Source: a virus. Taken from it: a stretch of DNA of 64,000 nt. Every line of letters starts with the position of its first letter. Within the stretch, counting starts at the first letter, position 1. The DNA is taken from the IMG/VR virus record IMGVR_UViG_3300042429_001107. One strand, 5' to 3'. A program made the position numbers and the translations under genes. The notes beneath the pieces are model-generated. The model did no database searches. It was not told the origin of the DNA and saw only the letters and a list, made by a program, of their open reading frames with translations. Of the stretch, positions 11,727 to 22,196 are shown piece by piece.

Positions 11727-12498
11727 AATGCTTAAAAGAAAGGACATTGTGCTACTAGCAATAGTTGCTGCACTTTGTTTATTGCTATTTAGACAGTGCG
11801 ACAGCAACTTATCACTTAAGTCACAGATCAAGATACAGAATATGAATTTAGATGCGTTAAAAGACACTGTACGCATTCAAGAAAATAAAGCTGGTGAAGC
11901 AACATATGTGAGAAAGACCCTATTGTCTTCCAAGGAAGATTTAGAAAAACTCAATAAAGGATTAGCTGAAGAATTAGATAAACAGAAGGGAAAAGTCATA
12001 GTGATTGAGAAGGTAATAACTGAGACTAAAGTTGATACACATTATGTAAATAATTATCTCACTAGTTATCAAAACGGTAATTATAGTTTAGATTGGAAAT
12101 ATGATTCTTTATTTTCTGTAAACAATTACAGAAAATTTTCAGGTAAGAGTTTCTTTATTGTAGACACAATTAATAATAGTGTTATTCCAGGAAAAACCAG
12201 AATAGACCAAGACGAAATGGGATTCTCATTTATCACTGGTCTTAGAGAGAAAGATAAAGCTCTTGAAATATTTGTAACCCCTAAATATCCAGGAATGAAA
12301 ATCACAGATATCGAAGGTGCTGTTATAGATCCTTATAAGTCGGATGTGCTTAAGTCAATGTTTCCCAACAAAAAATGGTCAGTTGGACCTTATGTTGGAA
12401 TTGGTGTGGGAGCAGGATATGGACTTAATGGCAAACCTATTGCTGGACCTGTATTCAATATAGGATTAGGTGTTCAGTATTCTTGGTTTAAATTTTAA
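11701..12498 (+). CDS. Membrane-anchored coiled-coil protein with C-terminal amphipathic beta-hairpin (spanin-like candidate)
   Basis: Hydrophobic N-terminal helix IVLLAIVAALCLLLF, coiled coil, C-terminus WSVGPYVGIGVG...GLGVQYSWFKF; start may be Met at 11728. Confidence 0.5.
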   Translation: MKEESLITKMLKRKDIVLLAIVAALCLLLFRQCDSNLSLKSQIKIQNMNLDALKDTVRIQENKAGEATYVRKTLLSSKEDLEKLNKGLAEELDKQKGKVIVIEKVITETKVDTHYVNNYLTSYQNGNYSLDWKYDSLFSVNNYRKFSGKSFFIVDTINNSVIPGKTRIDQDEMGFSFITGLREKDKALEIFVTPKYPGMKITDIEGAVIDPYKSDVLKSMFPNKKWSVGPYVGIGVGAGYGLNGKPIAGPVFNIGLGVQYSWFKF

Positions 12499-12512
12499 GG
12501 AATATATACGAC

Positions 12513-14858
12513 ATGGCTTATACATCAACACAAAGGTTTGTTAAAATCACTGATTACTTATTATTAGAGTATAATTACACAACTGCACCAACTCCTGAAA
12601 TATATTATGTTAATACTGGATTCCCTGCAATAGGATTTGAAAAAATAGTAAATGGGTATTTTGATAACACTGTACAGATATTAAATGATCCTAATGCAGA
12701 AGCCACAACAAACAATGTTAGGGATTTAAGTGTAGTCCAGATTGACAAAAATAGATTTGTTACATTAGATAAAGATTACTTAGTTCCTTATTTAGATACA
12801 GATCCTAAATTAACTTCAGTAAGTAATCTTCCTGTAGTGTTTCCTTCTAACATAGGAGTTTATTATGACTCTGTAAAATTCCATATTGTATCAGGATACA
12901 ATTTTGATAATCTTGATGGTGTAATTTTGCAAGCTAAATATCAAGAAAGAACTGGGAAAAAAGCCACGGTAATGCAGATTTTGTTACAAAAATCTGATGT
13001 ATTATTATCAGTTTTAAATCCTAATCCTATTTATTTAGGGGGTGCTTTATATGACAGATATGTAGAGGTTAAGATTCCTGCCTATGCTAATATGGTTTAT
13101 GAGTTTGAAGTACTGAATGGAAATTCCACACAGTCAAGCACATTAGCTGCAAAGATATCTTCAGATGGAAAAGGATTCTTAAAAGATGCTCCTGTAGAGT
13201 TTACAATATTTGAAGTCACACAGACTGTTCTTAAAAATGGATATCAGAATTATATAGGTCAAACTAGATCACAGCTCAGTATATTTCCCAAAGATAATTT
13301 TAGTTCTTTAGCTGGGGTTATTCAGGAGAATCAATTTTATAATTATTTAGAATTCTATCCCACATGGGATGGTAATTTTTTAGAAGATTTCTTAACAGCA
13401 GAAGGAAAGGTGGGAAATACCTATTATGTTGTTAATGAGCTAGAGGTAAAAGAGCAAGTGGGTCTTTCTTATATAACTACATACAATTTTTCTAGCACAC
13501 AAATAGACGATTTTAACTCTCCTTCTATATTTAGGCCAGTTTTAACTAATCCTTTATCCACATCTTTTGTTGTGAATTACACTATGAGATTGGTTAATAA
13601 AGGAAATCAGAATCAGATCATAAGAAGATCTACATTTTCTTCCTTTGATATAAACAAATACGGAAAAGAAAATAATGTAATAAATCTTACTACTGGTGCA
13701 TATGCTCAGAAAGTTTATAATAAAATAATACAAGCACCTAATCTTATTTCTGGTGTGGGAGTTGCTCCTAATGTCACTCCATTAGAAAAGAAAATACCAG
13801 TATTTTATAAAGATAATAATATTTCAGTAACACAGGAAACTATAATTATAGATAAAGACGGTAATGTGATATCAGAAACATCAGGTCCAGACGTAACACA
13901 ATTATACGGTCAAGGTAAAGCCAAGATTTTAATAGATCCTTTTGATAACTTCTATAAATTCACAGTGTATAATTTAAAAGATGCAACAACTCCAGAGATA
14001 ATAGATCTTGGTAATTCTTTAACTTATTATATGGTATTTTTAGATTCTAGTGGTCAGAGTGTTAGGGTGGAAAATATAAAGAATAAAACATCAATATCTA
14101 ATCCTTCACAGGGACAGGTTTCATTTAAGGTTGTTGGATCTAATTCTAAAAAAATTCTTGGATTTATTAGTAAAGAATTTTATATAGTTTCTAAGACCCC
14201 AGATGGCATAGAAACTAAGCTATATTCTGGATCTTGGCAAAATCAGTCTGAGTTTTTAGCAAGTACTAATACAATTCAAGTTGCTACTACAACTGGAGTT
14301 ACTGGAGCTACTACAACCACAACTACAACTGTTTCTTCAACAGGAACAACAGGAACAACGGGAACTTCAACAACTACAGGAAATCAAATTAATTCTAAAG
14401 TACCAATTACTAAAGTTAACAAAGCTATAAAAGATTATGTTTTGGGAAGTAGCTCTATACTAAGTGTTAAACCCGCTACACAATTAAATTCTACAGGATC
14501 TGGAGTTTCTGTTGGAAAATCATCATTATCCATACAAAGTTCTTTACAATCGGTTAATATAAATATACCAGCTTTAGCTGATTCAATAGCAGGTAAAGAA
14601 TCACTAATATTTGGAGCAACAGTGATTGTGTCTGATGTACAAAAAGTAGTTAATTATTATTTTACACCAGGATCCCCTGGAGCAACATTATTTAAAGGTA
14701 TAAAACCTAGTCAATTCTTAACTGCAGCTTTACAGATTCACCCTAAATTAGCAAATGGAACTTTTGATCCCACATATGTCAAATATTGTAATGCTTTAGT
14801 ATTTCCTGTTACTAATGATCCTGAAGCAGCTGCAAATAAAGGTAAGACAAAGAAATAA
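12513..14858 (+). CDS. Virion structural protein with Thr/Gly-rich linker
   Basis: Preceded by AATATATA (12501-12508); T-rich low-complexity segment; structural cluster. Confidence 0.5.
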   Translation: MAYTSTQRFVKITDYLLLEYNYTTAPTPEIYYVNTGFPAIGFEKIVNGYFDNTVQILNDPNAEATTNNVRDLSVVQIDKNRFVTLDKDYLVPYLDTDPKLTSVSNLPVVFPSNIGVYYDSVKFHIVSGYNFDNLDGVILQAKYQERTGKKATVMQILLQKSDVLLSVLNPNPIYLGGALYDRYVEVKIPAYANMVYEFEVLNGNSTQSSTLAAKISSDGKGFLKDAPVEFTIFEVTQTVLKNGYQNYIGQTRSQLSIFPKDNFSSLAGVIQENQFYNYLEFYPTWDGNFLEDFLTAEGKVGNTYYVVNELEVKEQVGLSYITTYNFSSTQIDDFNSPSIFRPVLTNPLSTSFVVNYTMRLVNKGNQNQIIRRSTFSSFDINKYGKENNVINLTTGAYAQKVYNKIIQAPNLISGVGVAPNVTPLEKKIPVFYKDNNISVTQETIIIDKDGNVISETSGPDVTQLYGQGKAKILIDPFDNFYKFTVYNLKDATTPEIIDLGNSLTYYMVFLDSSGQSVRVENIKNKTSISNPSQGQVSFKVVGSNSKKILGFISKEFYIVSKTPDGIETKLYSGSWQNQSEFLASTNTIQVATTTGVTGATTTTTTTVSSTGTTGTTGTSTTTGNQINSKVPITKVNKAIKDYVLGSSSILSVKPATQLNSTGSGVSVGKSSLSIQSSLQSVNINIPALADSIAGKESLIFGATVIVSDVQKVVNYYFTPGSPGATLFKGIKPSQFLTAALQIHPKLANGTFDPTYVKYCNALVFPVTNDPEAAANKGKTKK

Positions 14859-14865
14859 TTAACAA

Positions 14866-15417
14866 ATGATTTTAAATGCTAGACAGAATGGTTTCATCTT
14901 TAATTTTCCTAAGGGATTTGTAGTTGATAGTGTAATTGATAAGTATTCTAAATATGTTAAGAGAATGCCCATTCCTTATGACACAGTAAATGACTTTATA
15001 AATTCAACTATTCAGCAAGTTAATTTTCCCACACTCAGAACTATAGATACTGTGGAACAAATTAGACCTGGTGGTTTTAAACAAACTTATAAGAGTGCTA
15101 CAACTCTACAAAATTTAATACAAAGAGATTTCACTGTCACTTTTAAGTTGGGCGAAGGATTTATAAACTATTGGATTTTGTATGAGAACATAATAAAGTT
15201 CTTGGATTTCCAAAATCCGGAACAATATCTACAGGACTTTAGATTATTATTACTTGATAATGAGGGAGTTGTTATGGCTAGCGTGCTTCTACAACAGCCG
15301 GTCTTCACTTCATTATCTGAAATACAATTGAACTACGCTTCAAGTACACCTCAATTTTCTACTTTCTCAATAGGATTTAAATGTAATTACGTGGATGTTA
15401 AACTTGAAATCGGATAA
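14866..15417 (+). CDS. Tail tube / baseplate-tube initiator-like protein (gp19/gp54 fold)
   Basis: 183 aa; pattern IQQVNFP...FTVTF...LLLLDNEG...P.FTSLSEIQLNY...FSIGF typical of tube-fold proteins. Confidence 0.5.
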   Translation: MILNARQNGFIFNFPKGFVVDSVIDKYSKYVKRMPIPYDTVNDFINSTIQQVNFPTLRTIDTVEQIRPGGFKQTYKSATTLQNLIQRDFTVTFKLGEGFINYWILYENIIKFLDFQNPEQYLQDFRLLLLDNEGVVMASVLLQQPVFTSLSEIQLNYASSTPQFSTFSIGFKCNYVDVKLEIG

Positions 15418-16093
15418 GAGAATAGTCGGTGTCGATTTTTCGTTGAACTCTCCTGGGTTTTGTATACTAACAAATGATAGCTGTAAATGGATAAGTCTTC
15501 ATAGAACAACTAACATCATAGATAAGATGCTTAAAAAAGAGGGATCTCCTTTTAAAGTTCTCAATGATAATGGGAGTGTCTCAATAAATATTATTTCCAA
15601 GAAAGAATTTACTGGAGAATATCACGAGAAGGAAAGACAGAAGATTTTAAACGCTGTTTATTTTTCTGAAGTTGCTTTGGATCTTTTATCCCCATATCTC
15701 GACGAGAACACTATAGTGGGTATGGAAGGTTTATCTTTTGGATCTAATGGTAATTCACTTATAGATATTTCTATGACAACCGCTCTAATTAGAGCTGGTG
15801 TAGTTAAGAAAATAAATCCTGATAATTTCTATGTGATCTCTCCGACCACACTTAAGAAATTTGCAGTAAAAGGAAATGCTAAGAAAGATGAGCTTTACTG
15901 TAAGCTTATAGAAGACAGAATATCTGAGGACAGATTAAAACCACTTTTGAATGTTTTGAAGGAATATAAAGATTTATGGATCAAAGGAGCGGGTAAAGTT
16001 GAGAACCCTTGTTCTGATATAATTGATGCAACATGGATCTGTTTGTTTATTGAGGATAATTTAGAGAAACTTTTATCTGGTAGTAAGATATAA
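15395..16093 (+). CDS. RuvC-like Holliday junction resolvase
   Basis: VGVDFSLNSPG, MEGLSFGS, SPTTLKKFA..GNAKKDEL, DIIDA motifs. Confidence 0.8.
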   Translation: MLNLKSDKRIVGVDFSLNSPGFCILTNDSCKWISLHRTTNIIDKMLKKEGSPFKVLNDNGSVSINIISKKEFTGEYHEKERQKILNAVYFSEVALDLLSPYLDENTIVGMEGLSFGSNGNSLIDISMTTALIRAGVVKKINPDNFYVISPTTLKKFAVKGNAKKDELYCKLIEDRISEDRLKPLLNVLKEYKDLWIKGAGKVENPCSDIIDATWICLFIEDNLEKLLSGSKI

Positions 16094-16096
16094 ATA
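16066..16096 (+). promoter_or_regulatory. Middle-type promoter GAAAC-N18-TATAAA
   Basis: Recurrent bipartite motif, upstream of the SSB gene. Confidence 0.65.
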
Positions 16097-16131
16097 CTAA
16101 ATAATATAAATTAAAAAAAACTTGAATTATT

Positions 16132-17097
16132 ATGGAAGAAAATTTTGACATCTTTAATCTTGACAATGAATCGTTTGTTAAGCAGGAAATTAAAACAAAG
16201 GACGATGATGAGTTTATTTATAAACCTTATCCCGAATTAGGAAAAGACGGAGTGTATAAATCTTTAATTAGATTCTTACCTAACATCACAAATCCTAAAA
16301 AATCTAAAATTCACCAATATTATGTTTGGTTGAAAGATCCAGTAGACGGAGCAAATCACAAAGCTATTTGTCCATCTACGGTAGGAAAAAAATCAATACT
16401 TAAAGATCTTTTTTGGAAGCTTAAAAATTCTGCTTCTGCTAAGGATCAGGATTTATCTAAATCATTCTCTAGAAAAGAAGATTTTTATTCTTTAATTCAA
16501 GTAGTTAAAGATGCAAATCGACCAGACTTGGAAGGTAAAATTATGATATTCAAATTCGGTAGAAAGGTTAACGATATGATCGAGCAACAAATCAAACCAG
16601 AATTCGGAAATCCTTCAAATCCTTATGACTTATTCGAAGGTAAAAACTTCGGTCTTCAAGTGAGAAAAGTTGGAGAATGGAACAACTATGATCTTTGTCA
16701 ATTTGTAGGAGATAAAATGGCTTTAATTATTGATGGAGTATCAGTAGAAAGATCTGAAGAAGGTAGAGAGATGGTTACAAACTTTCTTAAGACTGGTCCT
16801 TTAGATATAGAAAAATATGATTATTCTGATTGGGACGATGAAGAGAATGAAAAAATCATGAGAATTATTAGAAACACAATTCCTGACGGAAGAATGGTTT
16901 CTGAGATTATCGGAACTAGTTCAGATTCTAAACCAGTAAGTACAACTGCTTCTGTAGATTCATTCTACGAAGATGCTAATAGCAGAACATCAACCCAAGA
17001 ATCTAATGATACAGAGGATGAAGCTCCTGCTAAACCTGCTAAAGCACCAGCTAAAAAATCTGCACCATCTTTGGATGATCTTTATAACGATCTATAA
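16132..17097 (+). CDS. Single-stranded DNA-binding protein (T4 gp32-like)
   Basis: LIRFLP, GKIMIFKFGRKV, NPYDLFEGKNF motifs; acidic tail ending LDDLYNDL. Confidence 0.85.
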   Translation: MEENFDIFNLDNESFVKQEIKTKDDDEFIYKPYPELGKDGVYKSLIRFLPNITNPKKSKIHQYYVWLKDPVDGANHKAICPSTVGKKSILKDLFWKLKNSASAKDQDLSKSFSRKEDFYSLIQVVKDANRPDLEGKIMIFKFGRKVNDMIEQQIKPEFGNPSNPYDLFEGKNFGLQVRKVGEWNNYDLCQFVGDKMALIIDGVSVERSEEGREMVTNFLKTGPLDIEKYDYSDWDDEENEKIMRIIRNTIPDGRMVSEIIGTSSDSKPVSTTASVDSFYEDANSRTSTQESNDTEDEAPAKPAKAPAKKSAPSLDDLYNDL

Positions 17098-17110
17098 ATA
17101 ATGGATTGTT

Positions 17111-18184
17111 ATGGAAACAAAGGATATAAGTGTCCTATCAGTAGATAGGGTTAAAGGAATAGTTAATTCTGCTTTACTTAAGTTCTTTGGTAATGATCCT
17201 CAAAGATTAAAAATCTATCAAGGGGGCAACAGACTAAACTTCTGTTGCCCTTATTGTGGAGACTCCAAAGACGCTAAGAAAAAAAGAGGAAATCTTTATG
17301 TCGATACATTAACATATAAATGTTATAATGGTGGATGTGCGGTCTTCAAAAATCTAAATCAATTTACTAGAGATTTTGAAATCAACGGAATGCTTTCCAC
17401 TGATGAAATTGCAGAGATAGCAGAGATATCTAGAAATTCGACTATAAGGAAAAAAATAAGAAATTCTTTAGATTACTTTTTTTCTGAAAATTACAAAGAT
17501 ATACTTGTTGGTAGAGAGGAATTTAAACATGCATTAAATCTTCTAGAAGTGAAAGGAACATACGGAGAGAAATGGTTAATCGAAAGAAATCATGTACCCG
17601 ATAATAAATTCCTATGGGATCCTAAAAGAAGGAACTTATATCTCCTGAATCTATCCGGAGATGAAACAAAGATACTTGGTCTACAGATTAGGCCTATAGT
17701 AAAAAAGAATAGTGGAAGTAAATACTACACTTACAAGCTTAGTGGTATTTACAAAAATCTCCTAAAAGAAACAAACCCCGAAATTATATTAAAAGCCGAA
17801 GAAGTTGATCCAATATCTAGCGTTTTTGGATTCTCTACTGTGGATCTAGATTCAATGATAACAACTTTTGAAGGTCCTTTAGATGCTTGGCTTTGTCCTA
17901 ATGCAATAGCATTATGTTCTATAAATAATCCTTTTCCTTTTGATGTAACAAACAAAAGATGGTTATTAGATAGCGATGAGGTTGGGAGACAAAAAGCCAG
18001 AGAATTTTTGGAAGCGGGCGAGGAAGTTTTTCTATGGGGAAAATTTATAAAAGAATGTGAATTACCAGAAAGGGATAAATGGGATTTAAACGATGTGGTT
18101 AATTATGTAAGATCCACAGGAAAGAAGATCAAAAGATTAGATAATTACTTTTCTGTTGATAAATGGGATATTATAGATATATGA
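17111..18184 (+). CDS. DNA primase (T4 gp61-like)
   Basis: Zn finger CPYCGDS...YKCYNGGC; Toprim FEGPLDA and DSD. Confidence 0.85.
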   Translation: METKDISVLSVDRVKGIVNSALLKFFGNDPQRLKIYQGGNRLNFCCPYCGDSKDAKKKRGNLYVDTLTYKCYNGGCAVFKNLNQFTRDFEINGMLSTDEIAEIAEISRNSTIRKKIRNSLDYFFSENYKDILVGREEFKHALNLLEVKGTYGEKWLIERNHVPDNKFLWDPKRRNLYLLNLSGDETKILGLQIRPIVKKNSGSKYYTYKLSGIYKNLLKETNPEIILKAEEVDPISSVFGFSTVDLDSMITTFEGPLDAWLCPNAIALCSINNPFPFDVTNKRWLLDSDEVGRQKAREFLEAGEEVFLWGKFIKECELPERDKWDLNDVVNYVRSTGKKIKRLDNYFSVDKWDIIDI

Positions 18185-18366
18185 AATATAAAAAGAACAA
18201 CAACAAATTTAAGTTCCCTGTAGATATAAAAGGTGATTTAGATGTTCCCGATTTTGATATATCTGATAATTTTTCCACAGAGATAGTAAAGAATAAGATA
18301 GACTCGGAAGTTAAAGAGATATCAAAAAATAAGAAAAAGAAATGTCAGAGCAACAACCTAATGTAG
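18163..18366 (+). CDS. Small hypothetical protein (probable start 18181)
   Basis: ATGA overlap with the primase stop at 18181-18184. Confidence 0.4.
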   Translation: MGYYRYMKYKKNNNKFKFPVDIKGDLDVPDFDISDNFSTEIVKNKIDSEVKEISKNKKKKCQSNNLM

Positions 18367-18809
18367 AGAAGAAAGATTTCGATAAAGGATTTCAAATAGA
18401 AAGAGAAGAATGGACAGAAAAAATTAGAGAACTTTCTATTAGAATGAAAAATATTAGAGAACTTGCAGATGTGCAGGTAGATCTTTATTATAATAGACAG
18501 ATATTATTAGAATACTCTGCTAAGTTGGGTCAGGTAATGAGCAAGCTTAATGCTAAATTTAGAAAAGATAAGTCTAATAGATTAAAATACTATTCTGAAA
18601 TGTCTCAAGTAAAATATGGGGCTAATGAAAAAACCCCTTTAATAGAAGGGGATCTTTCTGAATTAAAAGAAAGAATGGATCTTGTTGATGGACAAATATC
18701 TTTCCTTAACGAGACTATGAAAACTGTCGATCACATGCTTTATGGTGTGAAATCAAGAATATCTTTAGAGGAATATTTAAGATCAGGAGCGGTTAAAAAT
18801 AACTATTAA
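18342..18809 (+). CDS. uvsY: Recombination mediator UvsY-like
   Basis: Coiled-coil 155 aa with RLKYYS...LIEGD pattern, directly upstream of UvsW as in T4-like phages. Confidence 0.7.
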   Translation: MSEQQPNVEKKDFDKGFQIEREEWTEKIRELSIRMKNIRELADVQVDLYYNRQILLEYSAKLGQVMSKLNAKFRKDKSNRLKYYSEMSQVKYGANEKTPLIEGDLSELKERMDLVDGQISFLNETMKTVDHMLYGVKSRISLEEYLRSGAVKNNY

Positions 18810-18811
18810 TA

Positions 18812-20353
18812 ATGTTAAAATTTGTAGTAAGTGAAGATAGAAATTGGTTAAGTCTTATAGATTACGAAGAGGAATTTGAAAGAAAACAGATTGATATATC
18901 TTTAACTAGAAAAATACATAATCATTATTTTCATCCATTAGTTAAGAAAAAACATTGGGACGGAGCAATATGCTTTGTTGATAAAAGGTTACCTATTTGG
19001 AGAGTGCCTTCTGGACTTTGGTCTGAGGTATACCAGATATGCGAAAAATATAAAATAGAGGTAGAAATAAACGGACTAGAAAGAATCATCGATAATTCTT
19101 TTACCTTAGAAAAATACACTGAATGGTGTAATAAATTCTTTAAGGGGGGTGTCGGAGGGGATCCTGAAAAAATGCCTAGGGATTACCAAATAGAAACAGC
19201 ATGGAAGATTATAAAATTTAAACTTTCTGTTTCCGAGGTAGCAACAAGTTCTGGTAAGACCCTAATCGCTTTTATGGTAATGGCTTATCTTAAGGAGGTT
19301 TTAAAGGTGAAAAAATTCCTTATGGTAGTTCCTAACACCAATCTAGTTATACAAGGATCTGAAGATTTTGAAGAATATGGTCTAGAGAAATTAGAAGACT
19401 GCGAGATACAACAAATTCATGGATCTAATAAGAAAAAGATCTCTGGTGGATTAATGATAGGTACATATCAATCTTTAGTTAAAATGGATCCTGAATTTTT
19501 TGATGATGTGGAAGCTGTATTTGTAGATGAATGTCACCAAGCTCAAAGTGCATCTATTAAAAAGGTAGTTGCATTATGTAAAGACTCTAAATGGAGATTT
19601 GGGCTATCTGGAACATTAGCTAATAAAAATACTGCAGAGTATTTAACTATACAACAATTTCTTGGACCTTTAATTATGGAGATTTCTCCAAAGTTTTTAT
19701 TTGATAACAAATATGCTACTCCTGTTTCTATTAAGATAGTTAAAATGGATTGGATGGACGAGGAAGTTAAAGAGAAGCTTGCTACATTAAAAGAAACTAA
19801 AAATGAGATGGAGGGTAACGAGCTTTTTAATCTAGAAAGAAAGCTTGTTGTTAATTCTGACAAGAGACTTAATTATATTATAAATTTTGTTCTTAAAACA
19901 TCAAAGAATTCTCTTTTACTTTTTCAATCTGTTGGCGAGGGATATGGTAAAAGAATATATGACGGAATAAGAGAAGGGTCTAATGATAGAGAGGTTTATT
20001 ATATAGACGGTGACACTGCTCCTGATAAAAGAGATATTTTCACTAAAAGAATGGAAGAAGGTATTAATAAAGTAATGGTTGCTTCTTTTGGCACTATGTC
20101 TACTGGTATATCTGTTAAAAATATACACAATATATTTCTTATTGAATCATATAAATCTGAAGTACTGATTAAGCAGAGTTTAGGTAGGGGGATGAGACTA
20201 TTTGATGGTAAAGAGAAAGTTAATATTATAGACTTTGTTGATGACTTCTCTTTTGGTGGAAAAGACAACTATTTGCTTAAACATTCTAAGGAAAGAATTG
20301 AAATTTATAAAAAAGAGCAATTTGAATACAAGATATATGAGATCAAAATTTAG
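18812..20353 (+). CDS. uvsW: SF2 DNA helicase UvsW
   Basis: WDG N-terminal motif, PRDYQ, ATSSGKT, DECH, GLSGT, QSLGRGMR. Confidence 0.9.
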   Translation: MLKFVVSEDRNWLSLIDYEEEFERKQIDISLTRKIHNHYFHPLVKKKHWDGAICFVDKRLPIWRVPSGLWSEVYQICEKYKIEVEINGLERIIDNSFTLEKYTEWCNKFFKGGVGGDPEKMPRDYQIETAWKIIKFKLSVSEVATSSGKTLIAFMVMAYLKEVLKVKKFLMVVPNTNLVIQGSEDFEEYGLEKLEDCEIQQIHGSNKKKISGGLMIGTYQSLVKMDPEFFDDVEAVFVDECHQAQSASIKKVVALCKDSKWRFGLSGTLANKNTAEYLTIQQFLGPLIMEISPKFLFDNKYATPVSIKIVKMDWMDEEVKEKLATLKETKNEMEGNELFNLERKLVVNSDKRLNYIINFVLKTSKNSLLLFQSVGEGYGKRIYDGIREGSNDREVYYIDGDTAPDKRDIFTKRMEEGINKVMVASFGTMSTGISVKNIHNIFLIESYKSEVLIKQSLGRGMRLFDGKEKVNIIDFVDDFSFGGKDNYLLKHSKERIEIYKKEQFEYKIYEIKI

Positions 20354-20387
20354 AATTCGGATATATAAAAGAAATAATTAAATCTCA

Positions 20388-20987
20388 ATGAGAAACATCA
20401 AAGAATATAGAGATTTCTGTATTAATGAATCTGAAGAATTATTCTTTAGCAGACACTTAGGAAATGATGCTAAGACATATGGTGATAGGGCTAAAAATCA
20501 TTATAACCTACCTGAAGATGCTAGTATATTACAAAAAACTCAAAGGTTCTTTGGGTACATCGAAGACAAGCTAAACAATATTGCACAAGCAGGACAAGAT
20601 ATAACAAGACAAAATAGAGCTGTTAGAGGCGGGGGTTTAAATACTGGATATGAAATGTTATTCGGTCTTCCGGCTATTGTACCAGGAGTACTTAAAAGAG
20701 TATTCGGACCTACTAAATATGAGATTTCTAAAAGAGTACCAGCTAAGGATGAAGATGTAGATGTTGAGTTCATGAGACACACAAATGAGGATTTTGCTAA
20801 AAATGAACTACCGAACATTAAAACTGAGCAACAATTAGAAGATAATATCACCGAGCTTTATCAAAAAGCTCAGGTTAATAAAGGACAGGTACCTGCTCTA
20901 GATGATATAGGAATGAATAGAGCTTACCTTTATTATACAAAACAAAAAAATCCTAATCAACCTATATTCCAACCAAATAACGCATAA
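20388..20987 (+). CDS. Hypothetical protein with capsid-targeting-like N-terminus
   Basis: MRNIKEYRDFCINES; GATATATA at 20360-20367. Confidence 0.55.
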   Translation: MRNIKEYRDFCINESEELFFSRHLGNDAKTYGDRAKNHYNLPEDASILQKTQRFFGYIEDKLNNIAQAGQDITRQNRAVRGGGLNTGYEMLFGLPAIVPGVLKRVFGPTKYEISKRVPAKDEDVDVEFMRHTNEDFAKNELPNIKTEQQLEDNITELYQKAQVNKGQVPALDDIGMNRAYLYYTKQKNPNQPIFQPNNA

Positions 20988-20991
20988 AAAA

Positions 20992-21744
20992 ATGAAAAAA
21001 TTCTCTTTAGTAATAGAAAAGAAAAGACAAGACTTAAAAGAAGCAGAACTTGTAACTGAAAGAAATCAGTATTTAGATTTCTCTAAGAAGTACAATAAAG
21101 AACATGGTGTTTCTGGACCTTTTGATAAAAAATTCAAAGGTGATGAAAAATCACAGGAAGAGTACATGCAAGGTCTTTCAATGGCTTGGGACGAGTACAA
21201 GAAAAAGAAAGGTATTAAACTTAAATCTAATAGCAAAGACTTTGCTTTCAAAAAGAAAATGAATGAGTCTAAATCTTCTGATATGGCTAAGCAGATGATC
21301 GGTGATGGCGGAGATCCTAACTATCATTTTGTTACTATGTGTGACGATTACATGTTTGAGAAAGAAGATGCTATGATGAATTATAGTAAAGAGCCAATGT
21401 CTGCTCCTTTAAAGATCAAAACCACACCGGATTTTGGAATCTATACATTCGGTCCTTTTATGAATATAGAAGAATCAAAAATGTTTGCTGAAAGCATCGA
21501 ATTAGATGAGATCAACGGACCAAGAATGGTAACTATACAAGACAGAAAAAATGGTGAAGTATTCTCTAAATTCTTATCATGTAAAATGCAACCAGTTTGG
21601 GACGAGCATATTGAAGAGCATGTAGGAAGCATGGAAGATGAAGAAGACGAAGAAGAGGAAGAAGATCCTAACATGGAATACACTTATGGTGATGAAGATG
21701 AAGGTACTGACGATGTAGTTTACGATGAGGATGAGGAGGAATAA
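20992..21744 (+). CDS. Hypothetical protein with highly acidic C-terminus
   Basis: MKKFSLVIE start; D/E-rich tail. Confidence 0.5.
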   Translation: MKKFSLVIEKKRQDLKEAELVTERNQYLDFSKKYNKEHGVSGPFDKKFKGDEKSQEEYMQGLSMAWDEYKKKKGIKLKSNSKDFAFKKKMNESKSSDMAKQMIGDGGDPNYHFVTMCDDYMFEKEDAMMNYSKEPMSAPLKIKTTPDFGIYTFGPFMNIEESKMFAESIELDEINGPRMVTIQDRKNGEVFSKFLSCKMQPVWDEHIEEHVGSMEDEEDEEEEEDPNMEYTYGDEDEGTDDVVYDEDEEE

Positions 21745-21746
21745 AA

Positions 21747-22193
21747 ATGATGAATCAATTACAAAGTCAAGCTCTATATCCAGTACTGCAACACTATACT
21801 GGTGAAAAGATAACTTCAATATCTGTTCTTGATGATCATAATCTTATTTTTAATACTTTCATTGGTGATGATGGTTTTGTTAATCAGAACACAGATGGAG
21901 ATTGGGAAATAATAATAGAAAACAAAATTGTCTATACAATAGAGAAGGATGTTTTTGAGGTTCTTGTAAAACCAAGTAGAAAAAGTTCATTAGAGAATTA
22001 CGTTGGTATTCTTAATGATCTTTTTAATGATAAAAAAATAAGCAATAGATCAAGGATATTGGTTTTTAATATCCTCCTATTTCTAGAAGAATATATAATA
22101 AACTCAGACTTTCTTCCAAAGAAGAATTTAAGAGTTGGTCCTTTTAGTATTTTTAATTACAAGGGGAATAAATTTGTTTACTGTTTAAATTAA
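21747..22193 (+). CDS. Hypothetical protein
   Basis: Tightly packed ORF. Confidence 0.5.
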   Translation: MMNQLQSQALYPVLQHYTGEKITSISVLDDHNLIFNTFIGDDGFVNQNTDGDWEIIIENKIVYTIEKDVFEVLVKPSRKSSLENYVGILNDLFNDKKISNRSRILVFNILLFLEEYIINSDFLPKKNLRVGPFSIFNYKGNKFVYCLN

Positions 22194-22196
22194 AAA

